A DNA stretch of 62,624 nucleotides, filler included, from Globobulimina sp. (taxonomy: Eukaryota): NCBI GenBank assembly GCA_003354225.1. It is 19 parts of 19 records of this genome, joined end to end, with 100 filler letters (N's around TTAATTAATTAA, not from the genome) between each part and the next. Parts side by side here need not be neighbours in the genome. Positions count along the whole stretch, not along the records: positions 1 to 3,205 come from PIVH01003424.1; positions 3,306 to 6,510 come from PIVH01003425.1; positions 6,611 to 9,815 come from PIVH01003426.1; positions 9,916 to 13,119 come from PIVH01003427.1; 15 more parts are not named here. The stretch is one strand, 5' to 3'. The translations under genes and the position numbers were made by a program. Under the pieces are notes generated by a model that saw only the letters and a program-made list of their open reading frames with translations, made no database searches and had not been told where the DNA came from. Of the stretch, positions 1-12,890 are shown piece by piece; position 1 is the first letter of the stretch; each line of letters starts with the position of its first letter.

Positions 1-454
1 TATTCACTGTCCACAATGCCGACATACATAGATCTGTGTAATTTGTACACAGTCGCTGATAAATTCCATTTATATTTCACTCCTCGCGACACTTGTTTTG
101 TCCCAAAAGCATGCAATATAGTCTGCGAAACAATTTGTTTTTTTTTTATGGTTTGATAACTTTTTATGGTTTGATAACTTGTTCCATATTTATTGTCATT
201 TGAATCAGTATTCGCTATTTTTATTCGTTTATTTGTGTAATCTGCATCAAAAACATCACCAATTGTACAAAATAGAAGGAGGAGATTTATAATATCCATG
301 GAAACAATCCCTTCTACCTTTGCTTCTCGAATCAATCCAGAGAGTAAATATTCATCGCGTCGCACAAATTTTATCAAGGAGCACATTGAATAAAATGTTT
401 TTGAACAAGGAGCACACTCAAAAAGTATTAAATTATCTAAGCACCTGACTGATC

Positions 455-1327
455 ATGTCGACATTTGCAATTTTCTTTACAAGGAAAAGACTGTCACAAT
501 ATAAATATCGATACATCCATGTGGATATTATTAGTATCATTCATACATTCCATTATACCACATACACAATATTTGATTTATATTCTATCGGTGAAAACGA
601 ATGTGGACAACAAGGAAATGCTGGAAATGAAGATATTAAAAAAATAACAAAAATAAAAACATTTAAAAAAAAAATAAAAAATATTGTTACTTGTGGTGGT
701 TGGTTTGGTGGCGCAGCTGCATATATTTTATTTGATGATGAAACATATGAATGTTGCGGTTATAATAGAAGGGGTGTATTAGGTGTTGGGCATTGTAATA
801 ATATTAATAAATGGCATCAAAATATATTTTCAGCACCAAATGGATCATTGCATTCCTTTTGTATTTCAAATGAGAATAAATTATATGCGGTCGGATGGAA
901 TTCTAATAATCAATTTGGTATACAAACAAATCAAATAAATAATAAATGGACACACAATAATACATCATTATCGATTCAAAAAGTATCCACAGCAGATGGA
1001 TATACAACATTTTTAAGTTCAAATGGTAAAATATATGTTGCTGGTTGTAATTATGGTGATGGTGGTTTAGGATTAGGTAAAAATATTAAATCATCCCCAA
1101 ATATTCAAGAAATTCGAATAAAAATAAAATTTAAGGATATACATTGTGGATGTTCATATACATTAGCAATTGATGATAATTATGGTGTTTGGTCATGGGG
1201 GTATGGAGGATATGGTAGTTTAGGTCATGGAGATGTGAATAATAGATATATAGCAACAAGAATACAATATTTTATTTATATGGTAAAATATGTTGTGGTG
1301 TTGGACATAATATATTATTATCATTAA
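455..1327 (+). CDS. RCC1/BLIP-II repeat beta-propeller protein, probably degraded or partial
   Basis: Repeated RCC1-type blades: YSIGENECGQQG, CCGYNRRGVLGVG, LYAVGWNSNNQFG, CGCSYTLAIDDNYGVWSWGYGGYGSLGHG. Some blades look shortened and the C-terminus degenerates. Confidence 0.75.
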   Translation: MSTFAIFFTRKRLSQYKYRYIHVDIISIIHTFHYTTYTIFDLYSIGENECGQQGNAGNEDIKKITKIKTFKKKIKNIVTCGGWFGGAAAYILFDDETYECCGYNRRGVLGVGHCNNINKWHQNIFSAPNGSLHSFCISNENKLYAVGWNSNNQFGIQTNQINNKWTHNNTSLSIQKVSTADGYTTFLSSNGKIYVAGCNYGDGGLGLGKNIKSSPNIQEIRIKIKFKDIHCGCSYTLAIDDNYGVWSWGYGGYGSLGHGDVNNRYIATRIQYFIYMVKYVVVLDIIYYYH

Positions 1328-1508
1328 ATAATAAAGTTTTGATCTTTTTGCGTTGTGTTTATTTATTGTTTTGTCTGTTATATACAAATATATTTTAATA
1401 AATAAATAAGATATGGCAAGAAACCAGAAATACGTACGGCAAACCTTAAAGTAGAGCGTCTGTCTTTGTACCAATTGGGCTGCAAATACCATTAATTTGC
1501 AACCACAA

Positions 1509-1639
1509 TATGGACAAATAGAAACAATATACGGTCATATGACAACGCGGTACTGTCAGATAGAAACAATATAAGGTCAAATGGAAACAGTATTTGTAGA
1601 CTTGCGAATATGTGCGGTATATTGTTTCAGTTGTACATA
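1509..1639. repeat. Short imperfect direct and inverted repeat cluster
   Basis: ATAGAAACAATATA(C/A)GGTCA occurs twice, and an imperfect reverse-complement copy (GGTATATTGTTTCAGTTGTACATA) lies at ~1616-1639. Confidence 0.45.
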
Positions 1640-2988
1640 CAACCTTGTTTTAGATTTATTGCATGGCTCTGAAAATTCTTGCCATATATTGTTTTGGAAG
1701 GAATGAGGAATATCAATGTGGGAATGGTTCAGCTGAAAATGTATCTTCAAAACTTTAAGAAATCAATTTCCCCTCCACCCACTACACTAACCATCTCCTC
1801 GTCATTTTCAACGAGTGCAAAACGATATATATATATATATATATATCAACCGTGTATGTACTTCTCAACGGCTGATGATAAGCGGATGCAGCGTTCTCCT
1901 GTATTATGCTGCACATAAGATTATGGATTGGTATTGCTGAAGTTTAGATGTTGGTGAGTTATTAAACAAATCACGTGAAACAAATGCTCGTTTATATTAT
2001 CAAAGCTTAAAATAAGTCGAATGAAATTATTTTTACGAGTGGTGAATGGAAATAGTTTTAGGTGGAGCTGGGGAATTGATTATGGCGCAATATCGCAGCC
2101 TTATAATTATTGTGAATGATACAATTAAGCCTCTGCTATCTATGCAAGCTTCAAAGAATGATAAATTAAATTATTTAAATATAAAATGTATTTAAAATAT
2201 GCGCATAAAATGTGATGAATAATCAATTAAGTCTTTTTATTTAATTTAATGTCTATACGCATAAACGCATTGATAAATTATCGTAATTTTGGAATGCGTG
2301 ATATTAATAGTATTCAAATTCAATCAAATTTTAAATCAAATTCAAACAAATTATTATAATTAATTCAAACAAATTAAATCAATTTTAAATCAATTTCAAA
2401 TCAAACTCAATCAAGTTTTTGGACATTGCACCGAACAGAGAGAGTTCCAAACCGTAAAGGGAGAATCAATCAAAGTGCCTATTGTAATCTTGTTAACTTT
2501 TATTGGCTTTTGTGTTTCTCTTCTCTGTTTCTTTTGTCCTTTTATTTTTATTTTTATTTTGTTCGAAAATTCTGTAAATTGGTGTAATTTTTCTATCTGC
2601 ATCAGCAATGGTTTTATAAACAATTGCTAATGTACATTTAACAATCTTTTTTGTGCATTTTGCACAGGTTTTGTTCATGGGTTTCATCCCCCAATAAAGG
2701 CCCTCGTTTTTTGTTAGTAAAAAACGGGAGAAATCTTTAATTGATTTCTTAAAGTTTTGAAGAAAAAAAAAATTGATCGAGTTCATGTATGATGGGAGGA
2801 CTGGGTTATAGCGTTGGTTGACGATCAATTGGATCGCATCTCGATAAAAAAAAAATTGAAGTTTTGAACATTTCCAAAACTTCACAACTGTGAACTCTAA
2901 TGCATCAAAACAAAAAATAAAATCAACATGAATCCAATACTTTGAACATTGTGTATCACATCTTATTAACAAACAAATTGCACCATAT

Positions 2989-3204
2989 CTACTGACATAT
3001 CTTCTTCATCGTCTTGCTTTGCTGTTGCATCCTTGGCGTAACTTTATCCATTTTATCCGATATCGCGTCAATTATCGCATCGTGCTCATCCAACTCTGTA
3101 TTTATATCTTGTGCAGTCTGATTCAATGCTTTCATGCTTTTCAACAACTCATCCAATTTATCATTCTGTTTATTATCTGCATCATTATCATATCCTGATA
3201 TCTT
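2989..3204 (-). CDS. 3' end of a t-SNARE (Qc motif without TM anchor, SNAP-25-like), 5' truncated by contig end
   Basis: Own translation: ...QNDKLDELLKSMKALNQTAQDINTELDEHDAIIDAISDKMDKVTPRMQQQSKTMKKICQ*. It follows the SNAP-25 C-terminal SNARE heptad pattern. Not in the ORF track. Confidence 0.7.
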   Translation of the reverse strand, partial: KISGYDNDADNKQNDKLDELLKSMKALNQTAQDINTELDEHDAIIDAISDKMDKVTPRMQQQSKTMKKICQ

Positions 3205-3205
3205 T

Positions 3206-3305
3206 NNNNNNNNNNNNNNNNNNNNNNNNNNNNNNNNNNNNNNNNNNNNTTAATTAATTAANNNNNNNNNNNNNNNNNNNNNNNNNNNNNNNNNNNNNNN
3301 NNNNN
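3206..3305. other. Artificial contig linker (first of 18)
   Basis: N44-TTAATTAATTAA-N44 gives stops in all six frames. The same 100-nt linker starts at 3206, 6511, 9816, 13120, 16423, 19725, 23027, 26328, 29629, 32930, 36231, 39532, 42832, 46132, 49431, 52730, 56029 and 59327. The contigs between linkers are size-sorted. Confidence 0.99.
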
Positions 3306-3321
3306 CAAAGGCAGTCTAGCT

Positions 3322-4737
3322 CTAATCAGTGCCCACACGGAAGGAGACCGTCCACGTGGTATCAAGCGAGTCCTTATTGGTGCCCCAATTGGTAAATAAC
3401 ATACTCATGTAAGCCGCAGCCAACATCATCACAATATGGAAATAAACGTTTGATTTCCTATCCAATGCTTCCTGCGAAGGCTCCTCATCCTCCTCCTCCT
3501 CAAACACGTTCTTCTTCTTTGACGCATCATCGACGTCGTCATAATTACTGCCACTTTCTTCCGGTTCATTCATGACAATGGCTTCCTGCTTATTTTCTTT
3601 GGTCAGCAACGACTGTACGCGTTCATCCGTATTCTCCTCTTCCTCCTCATCCTCGTCTACAAAGTGCGGATTTTTGCCTAATATCGCCATCATATCAGAT
3701 CTGAGACGTTTATAGAATTAAATAATTTGTATTGTTTTCCGCGCGTAGTTTGTAGAACATTTTGTACAGTATACAACACACCGCAATGCAGCATAGAATA
3801 ACGAGGCAAACGTAATAAAAAAGCCAAGCCATAGCGATAAGCCGTTGCGTGCACTGTGGAATAAGTTGCACGATTCTTCTCCAGCCGCGTCAGGGTCCGC
3901 TTGCATGGCAGAGAATAATAAGAAGGTGGAATAGAAGCAAATCATTGCTGCCACGCCGAAAGAGCCATCACCGCGTAACACAGAAAAAGTAGCAGTCAAA
4001 CCGGCTAAGATTATACTGACCGAAGTCACGGATTCGTGCACTGCACAGTGTGCAGTGTGATTGTTTTGGTCATAGAGCGGATAAAATAAACCTAAACAGA
4101 CAAAGGTGGCAAGGAAACAGCCGACGGATAATATGCCTAACGACCAATGATAGCAATTTCCTGGAATGCATTCACAGCAACATTTATGCGAAAATCCTTT
4201 CCCTTCGTTATATTCATACAATTGGTCGCCGCGAACACGTAAATATTCGTTCAAGTCGTAGCTCCACGACACGAATATTAAGATTTGGATCAATAAATAA
4301 AGGCCACTGAAATAGCGGGCCACTTCCGCCCATTCATCGAAGATTGGGTTCAGTCCGGAGATGAAGAATGAGGCAATTATGGCTGCCACAAATACTAAAA
4401 ATTTAATTGGGAAAAATAAGTAATGGAAGGCGGTGGCTTTGCAAATTATTATCACGTGAAATAATTCGAATATAAATAGACATAATGATACGCGAAATAC
4501 AGAGCCATTTCCGGAACACTCTTCGGTTTGACAAATGTGCGTATGATAGAATTTAAATCCCCATTCTTTTTCGCCGTATAAACTCATTAAGATGGCAAAT
4601 ATGGAGGACACGAAAAATAAAAATATGTATGGTATTCGAGAGATTGCGCCAGTTTTGGCTTCGCCGCAACGATTGCATGCTCCGCAACATATAAACGCGC
4701 AACCTGATGTCAGTCCTGCTGCTATCATAGTACCCAT
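3322..4737 (-). CDS. SERINC: Serinc/TMS1 (serine incorporator) family membrane protein; intron 3701-3781
   Basis: Cys-rich N-terminus, CSGNGSVFRVSLCL, LYLLIQILIFVSWSYDLNE, YFHIVMMLAAAYMSMLFTNW. The GT-AG intron joins AALR to SDMMA. The last TM helix is missing near the contig end. Confidence 0.9.
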
Positions 4738-4857
4738 GTTCAACTTGTTGGAGTTAGAGAAGCTAAAAGTTTTTGAGTGAGTGAGTTAACTGTTTTTGCG
4801 TCATCACAAAATAATACGCATTCTTTTGGTTTTATTTCTTGTACTTATAATTAAACT

Positions 4858-6050
4858 ATGGGTGGTTGCTGCGGTGGACTACCCAAAGGAACAGCGGATG
4901 AAGAATTTAAAGACAATAAAATTAATAAAATGTTGAAAGCTGAACAAGAAAACGAGCCATATATCCACAGAGTATTGTTATTAGGACCAGGCGATTCTGG
5001 CAAGACAACCGTACTAAAACAAATGAGGAAGATACACGGCATTGGACATATGGATGACAATGACATTGTAGACAATGGATTGTCCACCGTTATAAGAGAG
5101 CGCATCATGGGATATATGAAAATACTCTGCGAACAGACCATAGCGTTGCGATCGCCACGCATAGAAATCGAAGAGAAAAACCATGACATCCGGGATTTTT
5201 TCGCCAACCATTTACAAGCGCCATATGCGAACCATTTCAATCAAGCAAACTGTGACAAAATCCGTCAATTATGGGCAGATGGAGGCATTCGAACGACCTT
5301 AAAACGCAGATCAGAGTATCAAATACCAGACAATGTGGAATATTTTTTTAGTGAGCGGTTCGAGGACATCAGCAATATAAATGAGTACGAAGTGACTTTT
5401 GAAGATTTCTTGCGAATACGGATGAGAACCACCGGATTTATGTCAGAAATATTTAAAAAAAACATAAAAAACATTGAACATCAATTTGTATTTACAGGTA
5501 GGTGGTGGTTATATATTTTGTTTTGTATATAATACATTGTGTATTTTGTGCAGATGTTGGAGGCCAACGCAGTGAGAGAATAAAATGGATGAATATGATG
5601 CACGATGATATAGACGCAGTGCTTTATGTGGTGGCAATATCTGAATATGATTTGGTGTGTTTTGAGGACAGCAGCACTTTGCGTTTGGACGAAGCACTCA
5701 ATTTATTTAAAACAGTGATAAATAATGGTTTTTGCAGTGGTAAGACTGTGACTTTATTTTTTAATAAATATGATTTATTTTTGGAGAAATTGAATGATCC
5801 GCAGGCAAAAACTATGAAAGACATTTATCCCAAGTATTGGCCATTGGATAAAAATGAGAGAGACTGCGACGATGTTTGTCAATATATTTATGAGGAATTC
5901 CTTCGAATTTATGAAGACGCGTTTCCAGAAACAGAAAATGTACCGCATTATCATCGTACAACGGCTTTGGATACGGAGCAAATTGATTTGGTGATGCAAG
6001 ACATTGAAGGGGATCTAATACGAGGAAGATTGGTTGAGGTTGGATTTTAA
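4858..6050 (+). CDS. Heterotrimeric G protein alpha subunit; intron 5498-5553
   Basis: MGGCC lipidation motif, P-loop GPGDSGKTT, RMRTTG, DVGGQRSER (restored by splicing), NKYD, TTALD. Confidence 0.95.
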
Positions 6051-6773
6051 ACAAATATGTATTACTGTATATATATAGATGATTATAGTAATTATCCTTG
6101 CACATATATGCACGTTGTCAGTTGTTTTTTTGTTGATATTGTTAGTAATTGGTGCGTGTTGTTCAAAATTATAAAGATATTTACATGTTCTTATAAGAAT
6201 CATATCTGAAATTTCTTCTTCTTCAAAATACTAAGATTGAAAACAGCTTAAATAAATCTTTCTGTTCGGATTAATCCGACGGCTCTAAACAATGTTTGTT
6301 TATTTGGACCCATTAATGAACTCATTTTGTAAACATGTCAACAACAATCAACAGCAACGTTTCTCAAATTGGAAACAAACCTCCTTCAACGAACGTAGCG
6401 GGTATGTTGCAAATACAAGGAATGGCATTATTTAGAACAATATGATAATGCATATTTATGTGTGATTCAAGGATAAAGAGCGAGATAATAAAATTGTGTT
6501 GAATATTCACNNNNNNNNNNNNNNNNNNNNNNNNNNNNNNNNNNNNNNNNNNNNTTAATTAATTAANNNNNNNNNNNNNNNNNNNNNNNNNNNNNNNNNN
6601 NNNNNNNNNNCAAAGAGTTATTGCCCATGGTCAGCATACTTAGTTACAAAGTGAAGCACTCAAATGTTAGTGAAAATAGAAAATTTAAATGTTGATTGAA
6701 GAAATGAACTAAAAGCAAAAACCCTATTGCGACTTGACGTAAAGTTTTGATTGTAGTAAATTTTTTTTATATT

Positions 6774-7532
6774 ATGACATCATTTCTTTGTATTTCTATA
6801 TTTGTTGAAAATGCATTCATTGATACTAAATTAGTGTATGGATATGCTCGATTATTTTATGACAACAGCAATAATGAAATGAATGTGTTCGGATTTATCC
6901 CAAATTCAATAAAACATTTAATTTATCAATATATATATAAAAACAATCATAAGTTGATATTTGTTGGAACAATACATTTGCAACGCCACATGAAAAACTA
7001 TCAAGTAAAGAAAGCAATTTGTGATAGATTTCCTGGTCAAGTACCATCGCCATATAATTTAATGAGACTCAGGAATTTTTGGTCCCAACAACGAGACTTA
7101 TTAACAACTGTATTCTGTGATCATTCGACCTTACAACAAAATTGCCGGCTCGCACTTTGCTGTCAACGCATAATGAAAGAAGAGATATGCACACATCTGG
7201 ACATAGTATTACGTTGCGGCAAAGTATATAAAATCCAGCAAAAATGGGAAATACGGGAGTTTGTTGATATATTGTTCAGAAAATATGTAATATCAGATAT
7301 TAAACAAAGAATATATGAATATATGCCAAATACCATGATGAAGCCGGAATCGATGAGCATTCAATACCATAATAAACATAACTTTGAAAGAGAATATATT
7401 CAACATTATTGTAACAATTATTCATGGACAGAGTTGGAAGACAATGATAGATTGGAAAAGATGACAAATGGAGACATTTTATTGTTTGTTGACAAAAAAT
7501 CAGTGGCAAATCAGAAAATACAGCTTTGGTAA
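6774..7532 (+). CDS. Hypothetical protein with LVYGYxR...IPxxIxxLIxxY module
   Basis: Long ORF. Its N-terminal motif recurs in other proteins of this window. No family recognised. Confidence 0.55.
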   Translation: MTSFLCISIFVENAFIDTKLVYGYARLFYDNSNNEMNVFGFIPNSIKHLIYQYIYKNNHKLIFVGTIHLQRHMKNYQVKKAICDRFPGQVPSPYNLMRLRNFWSQQRDLLTTVFCDHSTLQQNCRLALCCQRIMKEEICTHLDIVLRCGKVYKIQQKWEIREFVDILFRKYVISDIKQRIYEYMPNTMMKPESMSIQYHNKHNFEREYIQHYCNNYSWTELEDNDRLEKMTNGDILLFVDKKSVANQKIQLW

Positions 7533-7926
7533 CTGAATAGTGAATAGTTTCCAAACCGAACGTCAAACGAACACCTATTTGCTACTTATAATTAAAAAAA
7601 CCTACTTTGATCCCCACACTCAGTCTTCATCGTCGCTCCAACACCTCTTCAATTAATACTCCTCTTGCAATCAAACTGAGGATATTTGTGCCTGGTAAAT
7701 AGTGATTAAATAGTGATTAAAGAATGAATTATTTGTACTTTGCAGAATAACATTGTGTGATCAACGTTATTAATGGATTGATATCGATATCAGTAAAAAC
7801 GTACTGACACACAATTAAATATTCTAAATTCATTCTGCAAAAACAAGTATTTCCATTTGATTGATATTATATCTAAATGATTAAAAAAAGCAATTTAAAA
7901 ATAAACAGAATCGAATCGAATAATCA

Positions 7927-8403
7927 ATGCCGTATTATAGTGTCCTCCGTAATGCATTAAAGGGCATTGTGAATGCAGAAAGAAGTGGAAAAAGGCAAGT
8001 ATTGGTTCGCCCGGTGTCCAAAGTGGTAATTCAATTTTTATTGGTTATGCAAAAACATGGTATGTTTAATTAAAACATTTATTTACTCAGCAAATGAATA
8101 AACATGAATTTAATATAAATTGCATAAACTGAATTATTAACAGGTTATATTGGTGACTTTGAGTTAGTGGATGACAAAAGAAACAACAAAATCGTGATTG
8201 AATTATTAGGTCGTTTAAATAAAACAGGTGTTGTATCGCCTCGATTTGATATAAAATTATCCGAAATTGAGCGGTGGACACAAAACTTATTACCGTCGCG
8301 CCAATATGGCTTAATTGTATTGACGACGTCATTTGGCATAATGGATCATGAAGAAGCACGAAAAAAACATACTGGAGGCAAAATATTAGGATTTTTCTAT
8401 TGA
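7927..8403 (+). CDS. RPS15A: 40S ribosomal protein S15a (uS8); exons 7927-8059 and 8144-8403
   Basis: Spliced product is 130 aa: [29 protein letters not shown]...[15 protein letters not shown]...[38 protein letters not shown]. Confidence 0.97.
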
Positions 8404-8596
8404 TAAATCAATTGCAACAAAGACATTAATTATTGTGCATGATTGTGTTTGTAATTATTAATAATAATATTTATCCTTGCAACCATCACACAATTAATCA
8501 TAACTCCGGTCAGGCTTTAAAGGTCGACCTAGGTCGTTAATTGTAATAAAAACTTGTTTTTGCAATAACATCAAATTTTGAAGATTCATGGGATAA

Positions 8597-9253
8597 CTAT
8601 ACAGTAAGTCCAATAGATTCCGCAACGACGGCATCCGTAATTTTTTCAGTGTTTTTATTTTTGGTTTGAATTATTACGGTTGAGATAGATTTGATGGTTT
8701 TAAATTTCGCTCCTTTTGCTATGCTTTTACAAACAAATTTTGCTCTCACTTTGTTATCCACCAACACTGGATCAATAAATCTAATTTTATTATATCCGTA
8801 ATTTATTGTTGTCTTGACATATTTCGCATATTTATCGGGGTTTTTAGCTCTTATTTCGTACGCAAATCTCGGTATTAATGACAATGTCAGTAATCCGTGT
8901 GCTGTACAAATAAATATATCCAATCAATTCTGACAATTCACAAAAATAATATATTAATATAAAATGAAACGTACCAATAGGGCTTCCAAATGGCGATCCC
9001 TTTTTAGCAGCATCTGCTTTGTGTATCCAGTTATGATCTCTAGTTAAATCCGAGTAGATATCTAAACTTTTTGTGTCAATGTCACCCATTTTGTAATACC
9101 AAGAGTTTTACCTTTCATTTCTTTACGAGATTTGAAAATTTCTTCAATATCAACAGATTGTGATGTTCCTGACACAATGAATGGATCATTCGTCCCATTT
9201 AGCCCGAGGTGATTAATAAGTTTGGCAAGGCGTTTCTGTGAAGCCATGGTCAT
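8597..9253 (-). CDS. MaoC/NodN-like (R)-enoyl-CoA hydratase with N-terminal PTS2; intron 8902-8974; one-base frameshift near 9068-9072
   Basis: LGITKWVTLTQK / SLDIYSDLTRDHNWIH...SPFGSPI|AHGLLTLSLIP...NYGYNKIRFIDPV matches the MaoC hot-dog motif. An A5 run needs one more A to keep the frame. Confidence 0.85.
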
Positions 9254-9915
9254 TCAAAATTAACTTAGCTTTTGGAGTTGATCGCTCACCACAATAAATT
9301 AGCTCAATAGGTTATCGATAAAACTGGGAGTTTGTTTCAGCATCACCTGCACATCCAAAAACAAAATAAACATTGAGCGATGCAACAAACAATTAGACAA
9401 AAGTGCAACAATTATACATTTGAATCAATGACATCAAGTTCATGGGATAAAAACTTTGTTCGTCATTGTTCGTCATTTTTATTCTTCGACATGTTTGCTT
9501 TCACCGTTATAACCAATGATTTGTATTTAAATTGCTGCGTTGTTATCATCTTTTTTATTCGCTATTTTTCTTGTTTATTATAACATGACTTCATGATACC
9601 ATTTGAATTCACCACGGCTTCCATTACATCCTGGATTGCAATAATTTATTAATAATATATGCTGCAGTTTTGGTATCAGGACCTAAGTCGCTGTGGATTT
9701 TGCCTACAATTTCCCGTCCATGTTTTAGTTTCATCGCTGTGTTTTTGCATGATTTGGTGGGCTTTGCGAACATTTTCTTATCATTTTTATTATTCTTCCT
9801 GTGTGAATTGGTTCGNNNNNNNNNNNNNNNNNNNNNNNNNNNNNNNNNNNNNNNNNNNNTTAATTAATTAANNNNNNNNNNNNNNNNNNNNNNNNNNNNN
9901 NNNNNNNNNNNNNNN

Positions 9916-11478
9916 ATGAATGCCTCTGGCAATGCCCCATGGCCGTGTAATATTTTGTGGTATTTTGTCATTAGATATGACATATTGTCTGACCAGTAAT
10001 GCAAACACAGAATACATGAGTTGCATCGCAAGATGTTTCCCAAGACAGCTGTTTCCGCAGTATCCAAATATTAGCAATGATCGCATTTTGCGTATTTTGC
10101 TAAATTTATGATTAGAATCCAACCACCGATTGATATTAAATCTTCGTCCGTTTTTTTGTTGATGATGAATGGACAAATGGTTAATAACCACAGTCGATCC
10201 TTTGTAAATAGTATATCCGTCAATCTCCACATTGTCCACACATTTATGCGGTAAGCCCAATGGTAATATGACACCAAACCGTAATATTTCATGCACAAAA
10301 GCTCGCAAAAAATGCAACTCATTTTCCAACAATGCTGGTTTATACTCCTCAAATTTTCGCAATTCTCTATAGATTTTTGCTTGAATTTTCGGATATTTGC
10401 ACAACATTATCAGCCCAAATTCGATTTGTTTCGCTGTGGTTTCGACGCCGGCACCCAACAAAGCATACACATCACCGGTTATTTGTTCTACGTTCATATC
10501 ATTGAGAAATATTTTGTTGACCATCACAGACTTATTTTTATTCAATTTGTTCCATTCACATTTCCATTTGCAAATATTATTATGTTTGTTGCGTTGGGTT
10601 TGAATGTTTATTATATCGTGCTTTGCTAAGTATATTTTCAAATTGGTGATTAATTCGCGATGCACCCTTTCAATACCAAACATTTTCTCAAATATAATGT
10701 GTGGAATCTTGATATTAATCAACGTTTCGTAGGCAACATAGGTGCTGAATGCTGCTAATTTCTGTTTAGATAAAGACATATAATTTGCATAAAAACTATT
10801 ATCCATTGTTTGAATGTCATCCAACTGGTTACCAAAAATCGCAGTAAATATTGAATAAAATGAAAGGAAATGGCAATAATCGGAAATGTAGATTTTGCCC
10901 TTTGAATTGGTTGAATTTGCTATTGCTTTGTTAATATAATTTGGGTATAAATCCTTTTCAAACAATTGTTTTGTTGTTAGATAAGCAAACGAAGAACTTG
11001 TGATTACACTGAATGTCGACGCAAGAAATTTCCGCTGATGTAGCCACTTCTTGCCGTTAATCATTAGAAAAGAAGATAATTGAAATTCGTTTTCATTTAA
11101 ATGCCGCATCATTCCAATTTGGGGCGTTTTTAGTAATTTTTTGGCGGTTTTGTTATCGTTTACAAAAATTATGTTTTGAAATCCTAAGGGAACAGTGGTC
11201 AATGCTAATTTTCCATCATTACAAACGATGGATGATGAGAATTTGTGTGGGTCGGCAATGAATGAGGGGATGCAGCCTAATAATGGAAGACCTAAAGAAA
11301 CATATGGTGGGTATCGATAATATTTGTAATAGCACATCCAATATATATTTCGTAGCGCGTATAATCCAAACGCAAGACCAAAACGAATCACATATTTTCG
11401 AATTGTTGGATGTTCTTCTTTTGTTTTCTTAAACCATTCGAGTATTTTCGGTGTTATTATCCAGAAACAATGCAACAT
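9916..11478 (-). CDS. Cytochrome P450, 3' end at contig edge
   Basis: N-terminal anchor followed by PP..LPLLG, I-helix LLGAGVETT, K-helix EILR, PLGLPH, heme loop FGYCGNSCLG. Confidence 0.92.
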
Positions 11479-11788
11479 GTTTGAAGTGGGTGGAACGATA
11501 TAACTCGAAAAATATTTGCCGCATTTTTTATGTCATCATTTGAAGCGCAAACAGTTTCTGTCACTTTTTGTTGACTGACAAAGGTAAAAATTATAGGTTT
11601 GCCTTCGTTTCTCAGGAAAAAAAAATAATATCTGACGTTTTCTCAAAAATTAAAGGTCAATCTGACTATGAATAATTTATTTTAGTTTAGAAAAAGTAAA
11701 CAATATTCAGATAGATACATTATCATAAGATCCTATGTCAATTTGTTTGATGACGAATCAAATGGTTGGGATTATCTATAAGTTAAGA

Positions 11789-12890
11789 TTATCCATGAGA
11801 ATGAGAGTGCGTACATCCATGAGAATGAGGTGCATCCTGCATACTTCCATGAGAGTGAGATGAATCATTCATACTACCCTGGATCTGCATAATTCCATTG
11901 GAATGATATGGGTAAGTTCCATGAGAACAATTTCCATGAGAATCAGAACAATTTGGGCAAGCCATAGAGTGTGGATCATCTGGCAAAACAATTGACATTG
12001 CAACAATACCAAACGATATCGCGAATACTAATAACAACCATAATTTACGTTTTCTTGTCGAATGTTTATGATGGTGATGATGGTGATGCGGTTGTTCGCG
12101 AATCTCAATCTTTGTGGTGGGACCTTCATTTTTTTCAGATAATTGATGAGTAGTCTTCATATTGTTAACAATTTCATCTTTATCATGTTTTTCATCGTTA
12201 TTAATGCAATGATTATGCTCTTGATCTCCAGTTAGAATTGGCAATACATCGACTAACATCATATAAATAAATATGCCTAACACAAATGCATGGCCATGAA
12301 CATGATAACGTCGAATGAGTGGTGATTGAGCTCCCAAAGAACCAAAAAATACAAAAATACAACTGCCAATTCTCTATTACAAAAACAGAAAAATAAAACA
12401 GTGCAGTATACAAACAAGATATAAGATCATACCAAGATAACCGCATTGCATTTGGTCATTCCTAATGTCATATAAAATGTCACGTTGCATAAAGTATGAG
12501 TTATCTCGTGAATAAATAGCGGCCATGCAACTTGAAGTTTTGGTTTTAATCCAATAATCATTCCATCTGCGAGATTATGCAATGCTGTGCCAATCCAAAT
12601 TACTTTACATGTTGATGGAATCCCTGGGAAAACAACAACAATTCGGTGATGAATCAAATTACATCATAAATGCACATACATGACAAGCAATATCTTTGTT
12701 TCTTGCTATCTTGAGTTGAATCTACACTTTCTTCGCAATGTTTGTGTTCCATAAATTCATGTAAACAACCAAGTAATGCGGCAAATAACATTCCCAGCAA
12801 AATGGTGCAACTTAATAAATATAGATCTGTTCTGTTATACTCTTTTGACTCCTTGATGATTGCTGGCATAATTTCTAAAAACGAGAATGC
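11789..12890 (-). CDS. ZIP (SLC39) metal transporter, His-rich, spliced, 5' part missing
   Basis: ZIP TM4/TM5 signature LHNLADG...IHEITH, IFIYMMLVDVLP, His-rich loop and HSHG-rich tail. The pieces lie in ORFs 12654-12869, 12427-12657 and 11789-12337, separated by short introns. Confidence 0.85.

Noticed and set aside
143-180. 18-bp direct duplication TTTTTATGGTTTGATAAC
   Set aside because: A simple local slippage duplication with no further structure.
2411-2972. Minus-strand ORFs as a transposase fragment
   Set aside because: No DDE or other recognisable motif; the flanking 2310-2410 is low-complexity TCAAA-rich sequence.
2989-3204. His in place of Gln at the SNARE zero layer as a novelty
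   Set aside because: Zero-layer substitutions are known in some Qc SNAREs, and the gene is only partial.
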